Assembly (NCBI RefSeq): GCF_006345805.1
Contig: NC_042997.1
Span: 143,716,001-143,780,000, forward strand
Reading direction: 5' to 3'
DNA length: 64,000 nucleotides
DNA from: Octopus sinensis
Lineage: Eukaryota
The notes below the pieces were generated by a model. The model was given only the letters and a program-made list of their open reading frames with translations, was not told where the DNA came from and did not search any database. This document shows positions 37,909-51,762 of this stretch, one piece after another (positions within the stretch are counted from its first letter, which is position 1; each line of letters opens with the position of its first letter). A program made the position numbers and the translations under genes.

Positions 37909-40900
37909 TCTCCTCACCGCTTGACGACCAGTGTCAGTTTGTTTACGTACGGTTCGGCAAAAGAGACAGCTAGAATAAGATCCAGACTTAAAAAGTATGT
38001 GCTGGGGTCGATTTGATCGGCGAACTCTATACAGCGGTGCTCCAGCCTTTTCATGGGTCAAATACTACAACAAGTAAATGAATAGATACGTAATGTATTT
38101 CAATACATCATGTTCTGAAGTCTAAATGTTTGTGTACCTAATATACTTAAACCTAATGCTTATTTTCAATACTATCGCTCTCGTCCACTTAATTTATCGA
38201 CCCCGAAGTCATGAAAAGCTTAATAGAGGCCTCAGGTTCAAACTGAAATATCACCTGAAAACCGTTGGTCAGGATACGGAACAACGTTTTACATAAATAA
38301 CGTCTCGTGAATTTGAACATGAACATTCAAGAGCGGGACACACGCTTATAGTTACAAAAATAAACTTCGAACCGACAACGGTGACTCTACTAGTTTATAT
38401 AAAACACACCTTGTAATACTAAAAGATATTGTGGAAATAGTTCAGCGGAATCTATTGTCTGTACTCAAATGTATTTAGATCAAGATCAACAATAACCAAA
38501 GTTACGCTAATTCATGACGTCAGTGACGCGTCGTTCTCACACGTTGAATACTCTAGACTAAAAAAAACTTGTTTTGTTATTAAAACAATAACTTTTTACT
38601 GCAAAGCTGCGCCTAGTTTCACTTCAATATGATTATTATTACACTATGAAATTATTATTTAATACTTGAATGGAAATTGTTCATCAGAAAAGTGCAGTGT
38701 CATTGATAGTTAACAGAGAACAAGGCCAATTCAGACAACCCACTACCTTCACCTGGTTTATGCTATTTTTATTCTCTGATAAGAGAAAAACTGGAGCATT
38801 TCCTCTGTTATATCGTTCAGGGAAGGCGGTAAGCTGGCAAAATCGTTAGAGCGAAAGGGAAAAAATCACTGTAGTATTTCTTCCTGCTGTACGTTCTGAG
38901 TTCAAATTCTGCCAAGGTCGACTTTGCCTTTCATTCCTTCGAGTTACATAAAATAAATACCAACTGAATACTGGCACGATGTAATCGACTAGCTCACTCC
39001 CAGTAAAACTGCAGGACTTGTGCCAAAATTTGGAACCAGGAGGCGACGAGCTGGCAGATTCGTTAGCACGTCGGGGGTAGAAAAAGTTGCTTAGCGGTAT
39101 CTTATCACGGCTCTTTGTATTCTGAGGTCAAATGACGCCGAAGTTGATTTTGTTATCATCCTTTTGGAGTCGAGAAAATAAGTACCAGTTGGACACTGGT
39201 TTTGCTGTAATCGACACGACCTGACTAAACCCTTTCCTAAAATCGCTGGCCTTGCGTCAAGTTTTGAAATCATGATGTCATTGAGAATAAATCTATAATC
39301 GATCGGGGCGATTAACATCTCTCCCTCGTAAAACCTTTTCTACCATCGAAGTAGCGCCTGGAAAAGAATCAAGAGACGTTAGTGCAAAGAAAGTGGATCA
39401 AACACACCTAAGTGTTTAAGCAACCCTTTTGATACCAAAATAACTGATACCACCCCGGTACTATAATACAATTAAAGGCAACGAGTTAATAGAATCGTTA
39501 GCACGCCGGGGAAAATGCTTCTGCATTTCGTCCGTCTTTACGTTCTGAGTTCAAATTCCGTTGTGGTCGACTTTGCTTTTCATCCTTTCGGATTCGATAA
39601 AATATGTATCAGTGTTTACTGGGGTCGATGTAATCGACTTATTCTCTCCACCAAAATTGCTGGTCTTGTGCCAAAATTTGAAATCGATATCATAATACAA
39701 TTTTTATATCTTAAAGTGATCTAGATTAAAACTATTCATGAAAACTTTATGTTAATTTATGTTTATATACCAAACCCTAGCTTAAGAAGGTAAAGTGATT
39801 TTTCGAAATTCTTTGTTATTTTCAAAATTAATGGAAGTAGAAGTATCAGGACTAATATTTGAAGATCTTTATCTTTATTTTGTTCTTGTTTCGGTCATTG
39901 GATTGCGATCACGCAGGGCACCGCCTTGAAGCGTTTTAGTTGAACAAATCGACTCCAGTATTCATTTCTTTAAAAGCCTGGTACTTGTACTATCGGACCC
40001 TTTGCCGAACCAATTAGTTACGGGGACGTGAACAAACCAACACCGGTTGTCAAACGGTGGGTGTGAAGGGAGAGGGACAACACACACACACATATACACA
40101 TGTCCACACACTTGTACGATGTGCCACCTTATAGTTTCCGTCTACTAAATTCACACGTAAGGCATTGAACTGGCGCGACTGAACTCCAAATTTCGTGGCT
40201 GCAAAGCAAGCTTCTTAACCACACAACCATGCCTACGTCCACAGGAGGATATACTCACACAAACGGACTTCAGTACTTTATTGATACCCATTTAACCCAT
40301 GACGGAAAATGAAGCCTAAAAGCCACTGCCAGTGAGATGTGAGGTCAGGACGTAATGAGGCGTAACGAAAAACCCTTAAGCATTTGGTTTGATGCTCTGT
40401 CGCTTATATTAAACCCTTTAAACGGTTCTACTACGGTTGGTTTCAAGGTGCTGAGCTGATAGAATCGTTAGTGAATCCAACAAAATGCTTAACACCGTTT
40501 CTTTGAGTTTAAATTCCATCGACTTAGCATTTCATTCTTACGGGGTCGCAGAATAAGTACCATTTGGACATCGGGGTGAATGTAAAACAAACTAGTCCCA
40601 TCCCTTGTGCCAAAAGAAGTTTTTCACCGTTTCTTCTGTTAAAAGTCTAGAACTTAGTGTCCACTTAAATCATTTCTTTTAAAATTTCAGTCCTTGGGTG
40701 GTGGCCATGTTGGGTCCTGCATCCGTGATTATAATCAATTGCATCGAATCCAGTACTTAATATATTGACCACTGTAAGTCAGCGAGTTGGCAGAATCACT
40801 ACTACGTCTGGCAAAATGCTTAGCAGCATTTCGTCTGTCTTTACATCCTGAGTTCAAATTCCGTTGAGGTTGATTTACACTTTGTTGTGGCGAGAGTCAC

Positions 40901-41171
40901 GACACCCCCTGCGACAATAGACTTGACCGAACGACTATAAATCGTAGCGGTCTGAGGGAGAGAGAATAAAAATATAGATGTTAATAATAGGGTTAGCGGT
41001 CAGAGATATTTATATGAATTGGAGTTAATTTTGTTGAGTTTTTTGATTGCTGTTAGACGTAAGTCACCTTGTTAAATATTTGTTGAAGGTTTCCCCTCGT
41101 GGGTGTACCCAAGATTATTGATTGTTACTGTTGAAATTGCTGTTCCTGTTGTTTTTTTCCCATTGTGGGAA

Positions 41172-41860
41172 AGATGGAGAAAGTGCCAGTAGGAGACCAC
41201 AGTTTTGCGGCAGAAACTGGTAGAGGAATGGAGATTGAAGCTTTAGAGGTTCGCGCAGTAAAAGTTGAGCCGAAGAAGATGAAATAATGTGAGAAACTAC
41301 TGAAAAAGGAGGGAAACATGTTGAGACTAACGCCGCCTGAGGGACTCACAAGCAGTGTAAACAAAAGAACGGTCATTTTTAGGACTCTGAGGTTATCAAC
41401 AAGGAAGATAGAAATAGCACCTATTGAAGCTATTGAGGAATGCTTGAAGGAAATCAAGAAGCTGACCACGTTCATCACACGTGGAAGGAGATATGGCACA
41501 GTGGAAGTGCGTTTCGTGACGGAGGACGAAGCGATTAAGTACTCCACAGAAGCCATAAGAACGGAAGAATGGGTACTTTTGCCGACGTACTGTGGCAAAC
41601 GTATTGCCAGAGTGAGAGTTGGGAAAGTACCCCCAGAGGTAAAGGAAACATGGCTGATGGCAGCCATTATGTTTAACATGGAGTAGGAGGAGGCCAAGGT
41701 ACTCAAAGCAACGAGAATCAAAAGGTTGAATTATTGGGGGTATGGCACAGAGATGGTCATACAAGCGAGTTTAGAAGGCCTCAACAGAATTGCAGAAGAA
41801 ATAGTTCTGCCCGAGGACATAAGGCTGAGAGTGGTGGTGGAGGGTAGGCCTCCCATATTC
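41172..41860 (+). pseudogene. LINE (L1/Tx1-like) ORF1 remnant
   Basis: One frame with two stops: MEKVPV...TVEVRF...RIARVRVGKVPPEV...LRVVVEGRPP, resembling the ORF1 region before the zinc knuckle; no ORF2 follows. Confidence 0.55.
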
Positions 41861-42705
41861 TACTTATCACTTGTTGCACAAATTACCGTTTTTGATGGCA
41901 TATAAGACGCACCTTTTTCCATACAAATGTATCAAATACCTCACCCTGACTCCTATATGTGAAGTTGACGCCTATATGCTTTAATACGTTAAAAACATTT
42001 TTTCTACAAACTATGGAATAAGGGTATAATTTTGAAAGGATCAGGAAAACAAAATTCTTTGCATTTAGATATATAGAATAGCATTTTCCAAACTATAGGT
42101 TGCAGTAGTACTTTTGAAAGGATCGTGAAAAAAGTTTATATTTGAAATATTTGATAAAATATAAAATGTTCTTGAATGATATACAAGAAACCATAAGTAT
42201 CAGAGCTACTTTGTATATGGATAAGTATTCTTGGTTCATATCCCGTCAATGTCATCTTTGATTTTTATCTTTATGGTGGTCGGTATAATAAGAACCAGTC
42301 AAGTACCAAAGTCTATAAAGTAAACTATACCCTTTTCCTTATGTTATAAATCAATAATTCTTTGTTATCGTTTTAGTTATGTTTATGTTCTCAAAGATGT
42401 AGAAGTTGTCACTATATTTATCAAGTGCAAATGTCATAGCTTGTCTTCCTCGAATGAAATAATAATTGTGACTGTTTTGAGAAATGGAGGCTCCAGGCCT
42501 TATCTTTTGTGAAGATATCTTCATGACACATTAATTTCAACTCGATATGAATTTCCTTTCTTTGGAATTTTACGCCTGGAGGCTAAATGAAACCAATTAT
42601 AATGAATGGATCTAAGAGTGAAAACCGTACGTCTCGCACTTATCAAAATGTAAACGTAAAACGCTTCTAGTTCCGAGCATCTACTTATAACTTGTAGAGG
42701 AGAGC

Positions 42706-42770
<65 letters not shown>

Positions 42771-43152
42771 CACACACAGACACACATACACACACACATC
42801 AACGTTCACACATGCATACACACTCAATGATGATAATGCTTTCTTTAGTTTTTTTTTTTATATATATTTACATATATTTATATAATAATAATAAAATATA
42901 AGGATGAGGAAAAAATAAATGCGAAAAGAAATCTAGACGAATAAAGGTGTCGGCAGAACTGTATAGTTAAGAATTTTACTTGGCAACTATTTAATTCCGA
43001 GCTGGATCCCACCACGCAGCATCTTGGTGAAGGGTCGTCTATTTTAACCTCGAGTTAGCCACTACTTTGTGAGTAAAATTTAATAGACAGAAACTGTACT
43101 GAAACCAGTCGTATACACACAGAAACACACACACACACACTATATATATATA

Positions 43153-43194
<42 letters not shown>

Positions 43195-43535
43195 TTGTTT
43201 ACTAATCTAGTAACACGGTACGCTCAATTGTGAGCATTACGTTTATTAAGAATTGACCTTTGATAACGTGGATCGGCTATCTTTTAAAGATTCTACTTGG
43301 ACCGTTAAGGTGCGCGCTAGCGACAATCCACAAAACAACTTGGGGGTCTAGGTACGAAATATATTCCACCCCCACATGGGTGTGCGGTTACGAATATCGC
43401 TTCGCAACCACGTGATTTCGGGTTCAGTTCCACTGTGTGACAACTTAGGCGAGTGGGCCAAGCAATATCTTGTGAGTGAATTTGGTTGACAGAAACTGTG
43501 GAAACATATCGTGTATGTGTGCGTGTTTATGCATA

Positions 43536-43573
<38 letters not shown>

Positions 43574-44593
43574 GGCTTGTTTGCATTTCCGTATATTACG
43601 GTTCGACAAAATAAACCGATAGAATAAGTACCAGGCTTAAAAAAATAAGAATTGGCGTCAATGAATTCAACGTGCGTTGCCCCAGCATGGCCGCAATCTA
43701 ATGACTGAGAAAGCATATAAAATCAAAGAAGCTACGACAGTAGTTAATATATATTCTTCATTCCACCATATTACTGCCCCTCTCTCTGCCCCATCACTTA
43801 GATTCTATCACTACATAACTGACGCTCCTTTACCTTTTACACTATTATACCTCTCTTTTTCTATCACCCCCGTTCCCTCTATCTGACACTTATTTACTCT
43901 TTACTCTATCATCTTTTTACATTCTAATATCTTTCTCTCTCTATCACCCTCATCTCCCCATTCCTGCTTCTTTACTACCCACAAGGGGCTAACAAGGATA
44001 GACAAACAGATTAAGTTGATCATATCGACCCCAGTGCGTAACTGGTACTTAATTTATCGACCTCGAAAGGATGAAAGGCAAAGTCGACCTCGGCGGAATT
44101 TGAACTCAGAACGCAGCGGCAGACGAAATACCGCTAAGCATTTCGCCCGGCGTGCTAATGTGTCTGCCAGCTCGCCGCCTTCATTTCCCCATTCCTACTT
44201 TCAAGTAATCTTGACTGGTACACTTTCCCTGTCTTCATGTCTTTATTATTTCTCTTCTTGTATTTCTGTTTTCCTCTTTTCTCTTTTCTTTATTTCCCTC
44301 TTCCTGTTTTCGATTTGACCTTACAAATACATTCCCTACTTTTAGGTCACTTTAAATAAAACTCTTGATTCAATAACACTGTATACAAACTCTATACTTG
44401 GAATGACCAATTTTAAATACTATTGGAATTTACCCACGAGGTATTGGAATCTTATATGTATACCATTCTGCCTAAATAATGGATTTACAAATGCAATACC
44501 CTTGCATATCTCATATCTATTTTCATTCCTCCACTTCACTCTCTATTTCATATCTTATCTAAATTAACTATTGCTGAACCATTTTTTCGCACC

Positions 44594-44641
44594 GTCTCCG
44601 ATGAAGGGATATAATAAATATCCTGGAAACAGCTGTAAGAC
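44594..44641 (+). ncRNA. Type I hammerhead ribozyme motif (core variant CCGAUGA), second PLE-like family
   Basis: gtct-CCGATGA-ag-GGATAT(aataa)ATATCC-tg-GAA-ACAGCTGT-A-agac: stem I gtct/agac, 6-bp stem II, palindromic stem III, GUA site; U4 is replaced by C. Confidence 0.65.
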
Positions 44642-44908
44642 CTATTTATAAATGTTCTAAATTCTTCACAGCCTTGGGGTTTTTTTTTATCTAATTCTGA
44701 AATTTTTTTTTATATATACACTTTCTGATATATGACCCACGTTGGACTCCTTATTCGCATAATCACCGAACCTGGAGCTTAACAACGGTCTATCTATAGA
44801 ATTTACTCAGCATTACCTGACACCTTTGGGTCTTGATACCATTACCTCATAACCTCTCTCTTTCTCTCTTTCTCTCTCGCTCTGTATATATATATATATA
44901 TATTATAT

Positions 44909-44940
<32 letters not shown>

Positions 44941-46721
44941 CTTACATACATATCTGCATAAATGTTATGATAATTGTTCCTCATACAAGACATTATGTGT
45001 ACGACAATGGCTATAGTGACATATGCCTGTTCACGTATACTGGTCTCTAAACATCCATAGTTGAATAACCAGTGACGAGAAAGAGCAAGATGACCTGGCA
45101 ATATTTTCAACCACAAGTTTTATAGGAGGGGTTCTTTTTCTAAACTTTGCTATTAAAAATACCTACAAGTCAGTAGGGGATTGATTTTGTAGCTGTCCTT
45201 CTGCAAGTGGTTTTACTACGCATCCAGCTACAACGAAATCCAGGTATTTTCTACGCCTCCGCACGTGCATGCTTACGTACATATACATGCATACCCATAC
45301 ATGCACACAATGTGTACATGCATATGTATGCATGCATAAACAACACACCTGTATATGCATACATACGTAATGCATACATGCATACGTACATGTTTTCACG
45401 AACACAGTAAGCACACTCACTAATATATTTTATGTATGCGCAATAATAGAAACGCATACATACAAACACACACACACACACATGCACCGTGCGTGCACAC
45501 ACACACACACAAATACATACATGGAGACGTTTTCCAAAGCTTACAAACTAACATTCAAATACTGCTACTATTGTTCGCCATAAAATCGGATTTTCTCAAT
45601 AATAATTCTATCCGTCCTCCCTCTTTCTGCAACCATCCTACTATCGAATGTATATCGATATTTCTATAGCTGTCACAAACAACTTAACTCGGTTATTTCC
45701 AGCCAGTCATTTTCAGCCAGTCATTCCCACATAAAGCGACTGCATCCAACCTTGTCACTAAATAGCTATTCATTTCAACATAAAAAGCAGAAGCTCCTGC
45801 AAGTTGTAGCATTATCAAAGTTGTAACTTCCATGCGCTGTACTTCCCATAAGTGGTTTCCATACACTGAAGCTTTAATAAAAAATCCTGGGATTACACGA
45901 AATCGATAATTTATATTTACATAATATCCGAACCAACTACATCCATCCGTACTACTAACAAGCTATCAATTTCCATATAAAATTTGAAGTTTTCGCAAGC
46001 TGTAATTTTGCCGTTCTGAAGCTTCAAATAACAATCAGATAACGTATAACGGCCATCTATAATGTAAATATCTGTAGTTGTAATAAATACTACAGTAGCT
46101 GTTCTTGATGGTGCTGTTGAGACCACGTTAACCCTGGTCAGGCAGAAAACCTACGATCAAAGACATTCCAACCGTAGCTAAGCCGTTGTATTAACGATGT
46201 GCAGAAATAACATACGGGTTATTATCTAATGTAACTTTTCCCTTATTTAAAACGGTGGGGAATAATTTGAGTGAGATTTGGCTGCTATTTCTAAAAAATC
46301 GAGCGGTCTCGTAAAATCTGTCTCGTTAGTATTGTCGTTGTTTGTCGTCGAGCCGACAAAGTTGTCGAGATGTCACGAATTCTAAACCCGTTACTGATAC
46401 ACAAGGTTCAAGTTGAACGCTTTTGATTTTCGTTGGCCGAATCTGCCAACCTAAAATTAGGGTGATCTTGTTGTCATCGTCGTTGTTGTTGCAAGGTTGG
46501 GCCGAGTGAGCCCTAATTTAGCAAGTCTGTGGCACGTAGGTAGTTTTGATCGAACGGCTAGATACAACCAACGGTTTTATTGTCTTTCTTTTCTACCATA
46601 GGCACAAGTCCTGAAAGTTGGGGGGGGGGGGAGAAAGTCGATTTCATCGACCCCAGTGCGTAACTGGTACTTATTTCATCGACTCCTCAAGGATGAAAGG
46701 CAAAGTCGACCTCCGGAGAGG

Positions 46722-47245
46722 AACCGCTTTACGAGATCTCAGGTTTACGAGTTTATTTTTCAAGCACACGATCCAAATTTTGATCGAAGAGCAAAAATTT
46801 CTACTACCATAAATGGTTCTGCATGTTACCGAGAAATCTATAGAGCGCTTCTTCTTAGCAAACAACTCAAGACTTGTTTCTTTAAAAAGAGATCTACAGG
46901 TCCGTCTGCGAGAATCGGTGAATCAATGATCGCGGCTACAAGTGGTGATGTGTGCGAGTCTAGTACGAGGGAAAATGATTCAGAAAACTATTATGATAAT
47001 AATAGCTTTTATTATAAATGATCTTGACATTCATTTTATTTTACATAAAATATTCTTTACATTCGACTGTTATTTTATTGTCATTTATTTACGAGTATTA
47101 TAAATTTTATTGGTAAAATATTTTTCTGGGAACGAATTACGATTTATAATGTTGCTACTATGGGAAAATATTACTCTGTTTTACGACTTTTCGCTTTACG
47201 AGCGGTCTCCGCAATCAGATTAACTCGTATTACGAGGCGTTACTG
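46722..47245 (+). mobile_element. pogo/Tigger-like DNA transposon remnant
   Basis: C-terminal-like peptide DPNFDRRAKI...ACYREIY...Q.KTCFFKK and right end aactcgtattacgaggcgttactg-TA; left end cut by a SINE. Confidence 0.55.
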
Positions 47246-48294
47246 TATACTGTATTTAATCGTTTTGAGTATTGTGTATTCATTTTGGATATGTTATATT
47301 CTCGTCATTAACGCGTCACTCGTATGTGTGTGTATTTGTGTGTGTGTACGTGCGAGTGTATTAATATGTATGTGTGTACGTGCGTGTGTATTTGTGTGTG
47401 TATGTCTGACAGTTACGTCTAATCAAGTCAATGTGAAGGTCCCACCTTAATGGTTAGAGGCTTAATGACGTGGATCAAGATCGTAAAGTATTGGGTTCGA
47501 TGCTCGGCAGTCAATTGTGTCCTCGAGCAAGACACATTACTTCATATTGCCTCAGTCCACTCAGCCGGCAAAAATGAAATGGACCTGTACTTTAAAGGAC
47601 CAGCCTTGTCACATTCTGTGTCACACTGAATCTCCCTGAGAACTACGTTAAGGATACGCGTGTCCGTGGAGCGCTAAGCCACTTGCACGTTAATTACATT
47701 AGCAGGCTGTTCTGCCGATCGGATCAATTGGAATTCTCGTCGTCGTAACCGACGGGGTGGAAATCAAGTTAAAACAAAACGGGCGTTGTATGTGTTCATC
47801 GAATTAAAGATTAAAGATGGATCAATAAGTATTAGAATCGATATGGCTGATTAAAAATTCATTGGCTGCAGTTCAGTGATAAGAACCAATAAAAGAGGAG
47901 GCACAAGGTGACAAATTTTGAGGGAGAAGTTTAATCGATTAAGCAGTCACCATTGTTTACCTGCTTATTTATTTATCGATTACAACAGGTTAAAAGGCGA
48001 ATATGACTTCGATGAGAATTGAACTAAAAAGTTAATTGTCTGTTAATGAATTCCACAAGACATTAATTTCGACGTCCTAATGATTTTACTCGTTACAATT
48101 AAAAGACAGAATTAAGTACGAGGCAAATATAGAGCTTATGCATGGCGACACGGCATACTAAAATTACCAGCCAAATTGCTGTCAAATCATAACCTACTGT
48201 TTTAGAAAGGATACACCCTGGAGGCTGAACTACAAGCGGCTCTGAATAAAGCAAACATAGAAGAGCAGGGTTGATACATATTGATCTTTGGTTT

Positions 48295-48562
48295 GGCATT
48301 CTTTCGATATAACTCGACAAAATCTAAACATTTCACTTCGGGTATTTCTGTGGGTTGTGGAGTATAGATATAAGGAAATTATGCCAGCAATGTCTCATTT
48401 AAAAAAAAAAAATGCCTTGCATATTTGTTCTTACCTGTTTCATGTGTGTATGTAAAATCTGCAAATTTCCAAGCAGAAAACAGAATCGAACTGTCATTTG
48501 CTTCCATGGAAATACCCGAAGTGAAATGTTTTGATTTTGTCGAGTTATATCGAAAGAATGCC
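48295..48562. mobile_element. MITE with 54-bp TIRs, GG termini and 8-bp TSD (Merlin-like)
   Basis: TIRs 48295-48348 and 48509-48562 (1 mismatch); TSD tttggttt at 48287-48294 and 48563-48570. Confidence 0.85.
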
Positions 48563-48769
48563 TTTGGTTTCTTTGAAGGGAGCTAATTAGGGACCAAACA
48601 TAGCAACAACTATAATGATTTTGTTGGTAAGAGTAATTTTTCAGATTCTTGGCTGCTACTTTCAGCAAGACCAGTGGTCATGTAAATTTTCCTATATCGC
48701 TTCCTTATAATTGTCAATAGTGAAGATTGTATTGCTGACATCATAATAATTTAACCGTACAGCCGACAG

Positions 48770-48843
48770 GGCTCCATAGCTCAGTTGGTTAGAGCGCCAG
48801 TCTAGTAAACTGGAGGTCGAGTGTTCGAATCTCTCTGGAGCCT
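48770..48843 (+). tRNA. trnT: tRNA-Thr(AGT)
   Basis: 74-nt cloverleaf GGCTCCA/TGGAGCC, D stem GCTC/GAGC, CCAGT-CTAGTAA-ACTGG, TTCGAAT loop, U73; long T run just downstream; U52-U62 mismatch. Confidence 0.85.
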
Positions 48844-49523
48844 ACATAAAATAATTTTTTTTTTTTCCTAAAAATTGATTGGTACTGATATTCATTTCTG
48901 AAATGCACACAAGTCCCACCGGTTGTTTTGATAAATCCGGTAGAATGACAACACAAGCAATTTGATGCTGCTGTTGAAAGAGATAATTGGCTACAATTTC
49001 CTGCAAATCCAGTGGTCATGTAAAGCTTCGTTCATCATTTCGTTCCCTTTGTTAATGTTGAACAATATATTGTAATATCTAATACGTTCTGAGTTCAAAT
49101 TCTGCCGAGGTTGACTTTGACTTTCATCTTTTCGGGATCGATAAATTAAGTACCAGTTGCGTACTGGAGTAGATCTAATCGACTGGTTTCCCGCCTCCCA
49201 AAATTTCGGGCCTTGTGCCTTGAGTAGAAAAAATATCCAATACAACACACCATAAAGAAGACGACATTATATCTTATGTTAAACTAGGAGTTAGTTACAC
49301 CGATGTCTCTCCAGTAATTTTTACAGTAAATGAGAAAACGTTATAGTAAAAATGCTCTGTTAAACTGATGTTAATAAAAATACTTGTGTAAAAATAGAGT
49401 CAATAGCGTATCATCAGGCAACAATGAACATCATTATAATTTATAACTACAGATTGTTATTGTTCGTTACACACAGATGTTACGATTGTTACATCATAAC
49501 AATTCAAAGATGTTGACTTGTGT

Positions 49524-49597
49524 GGCTCCGTGGCTCAATTTGATAGAGCGCCAGTTTAATAGACTGTAGGTCATGGTCTCAAATCTCTCTGGATCCT
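49524..49597 (+). pseudogene. tRNA-Thr pseudogene (anticodon drifted to AAT, B box broken)
   Basis: 74 nt colinear with the intact copies; loop TTAATAG; gtctcaaatc in place of gttcgaatc. Confidence 0.8.
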
Positions 49598-50150
49598 TGT
49601 ATATTTTTCCTAAACATTCCTTTATTTTTTTGCTTCTTCTTTGCTGAAGATACAATGGTAGAAATATTGGTTTCGAATTTAGGCACAAGACCAGTAATTT
49701 CGAAGGAAGGGTAAGTCGATTACATCGCTCTCAGTGTTCATCCGAATGGATGAAAGGTAAAGTCAAGCTCGGCGGAATTTGAACTCCGGGTATGAAAATG
49801 GACGAAATACCGCGAAGTACTTCGCCCGGCGTGCTAACGAATCTGCCAGCTCACCGCCTTTGCAGATGGTAGTATTGACGATTGTACTCTAATGCCCATT
49901 ACAACTTACCATACAGGACCCGTTATATCTTATGTTGGACCGAGAGTTGTTACACTGATATGTCTGTTTTCTCTAATCTCCACTGTAGATAAGCACATAT
50001 TTTAGTGTGTTTGCTAAATTAATATCAATAAAGATACTGAACTAAATTTAGCAATGACCTACGATAACAATGAACGTCATTATAATTAGTTTCAGGATAG
50101 GTTTACGTTACAATTATCGACGTCATTATAATTTAAACGTACAATGCGGC

Positions 50151-50218
50151 GTGACTCAGTTGGTTAGTGCAACAGTCTAGTAAACTAGAAGTCGAGTTTT
50201 CGAATCTCTCTGTAGCCT
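50151..50218 (+). pseudogene. tRNA-Thr(AGT) pseudogene, 5' acceptor strand deleted
   Basis: gactcagttggttag..cagtctagtaaact..ttcgaatctctctgtagcct. Confidence 0.8.
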
Positions 50219-50806
50219 ACATAATGTGAACAATTGTTTTTTTTTTCTCAAGCTAGATTGAAACCGATATTAATTTCTGAAATGTAAACAAGGCAACAAA
50301 ATCTTACAGTTGAAAATAACCGATCATTTCGACCATATCATTTCACTGATTCTTTTAGTAAATCAGGAGTGAGGAAAACAATAAAAATTTTGATCTTGTT
50401 GAATGAGAAATTATTCATATACTTGACTGCTATTTCCAGTAGATCCAGTGGTTACATAAAAATTCTGCTGTCAGTGTTGAAGATTGTATCGTATGTAATG
50501 TCCAATATGATAACTCACAATAACGAAGACATTATATCTTATATTAAACCAAGAGTTATGCTGATATCTCTCTTTCTTGTAAACTTTACGGTAAATAAAA
50601 AGAAAGAGAAGCCCTAGTAAGCGTGTTCGTTAAACTAATATCATAAGTAAGAATACAAGTTTAAAAATAGAAGAGTTAATAATATATAACAAGGCACCAC
50701 CAAACAACAATGAACATCATTATACTTTGTATCTATAGATTCTATGTCATTGTTCATTATGTACAGACGTTATCATTGTCAACGTCACAATAATTTAAAA
50801 GTCGCA

Positions 50807-50863
50807 AGCTGCATAGCCAGTTCTATAAATCAGCGATCGTTTGTTCGAGTCTCTCTCAGGCCT
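50807..50863 (+). pseudogene. tRNA-Thr pseudogene, D arm deleted
   Basis: Paralogous position; gttcgagtctctctcaggcct 3' half recognisable. Confidence 0.6.
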
Positions 50864-51195
50864 CGTTCCCCCCCCCCCCGCCAAAGCATTCTTAATATTT
50901 CTTCGATATAGCTTCATTGGTACAAATATTGCTTAAAAGTGCACACAAACTTATAAACTTTTTTCGGTTGTATATCATCTATTATATGGATCTTAGTATT
51001 TTCGGCGTTTCATTTTAGTAAAACTGGAGCGGTGAAAAACCAATATAGATTTGAGCTGTATATGAACCCAGAACTTGAAGACCTTGATCTAACGATCTGA
51101 CGAAACCGGGGACTTGATAAGTTGATCAGTTAATTGAATTCCTACATAACTGATATTATTGAAAATTTTTATGTAATAATTGAAGACATAATAAT

Positions 51196-51583
51196 CCTTT
51201 CTACAACAAGTACAAAACCTGAAACAGTGGGAGAGGGAGCTAGTAGATTACATCGACCCCATTACTTGACTAGTACTTATTTCAGTTTCCCGAAAGGATG
51301 AAAGGCAAAGTTGATCGTAAACTTTCAGAACGTAAACAAGGACGAAATACCTATTTCTTTATTGCTCACAAGGGGCTAAACATAGAGGGGACAAACAAGG
51401 ACAGACAAACGGATTCGGTCGATTATATCGACCCCAGTGCGTAACTGGTACTTAATTTATCAACCCCGAAACGATGAAAGGCAAAGTCGACCTCGGCGGA
51501 ATTTGAACTCAGAACGTAACGGCAGACGAAATACGGCTACGCATTTCGCCCGGCGTGCTAACGTTTCTGCCAGCTCGCCACCT
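51196..51583 (-). mobile_element. SINE family A dimer with 19-bp TSD
   Basis: TSD taatt(g/a)aagacataataat at 51177-51195 and 51584-51602. Confidence 0.85.
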
Positions 51584-51628
51584 TAATTAAAGACATAATA
51601 ATAATATTATGAGCTGCATGTAATAACG

Positions 51629-51702
51629 GGCTCCATAGCTCAGTTGGTTAGAGCGCCAGTCTAGTAAACTGGAGGTCGAGTGTTCGAGTCCCTCTAGAGC
51701 CT
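51629..51702 (+). tRNA. trnT: tRNA-Thr(AGT), one acceptor-stem mismatch
   Basis: Full cloverleaf with a C6-A67 mismatch; TTTT downstream. Confidence 0.75.
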
Positions 51703-51762
51703 AGCCCCGGTCGAAATTTTACCTTTTGGTCTGCAAAGGAGTCTATATTGGTGCTAATATTT

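Noticed and set aside
38393-38534. TATA-like tract plus TGACGTCAGTGACGC as a Pol II promoter
   Set aside because: No credible downstream exon; a single motif occurrence is not enough.
40870-41110. Possible solo LTR starting tgttgtggcg
   Set aside because: No second copy, no clear CA terminus or TSD.
46130-46330. ggctgctatttc motif as a tRNA-array-specific regulatory element
   Set aside because: The same core occurs outside the array (about 2557, 13866, 46280), so it is part of a dispersed repeat embedded in the ancestral spacer.
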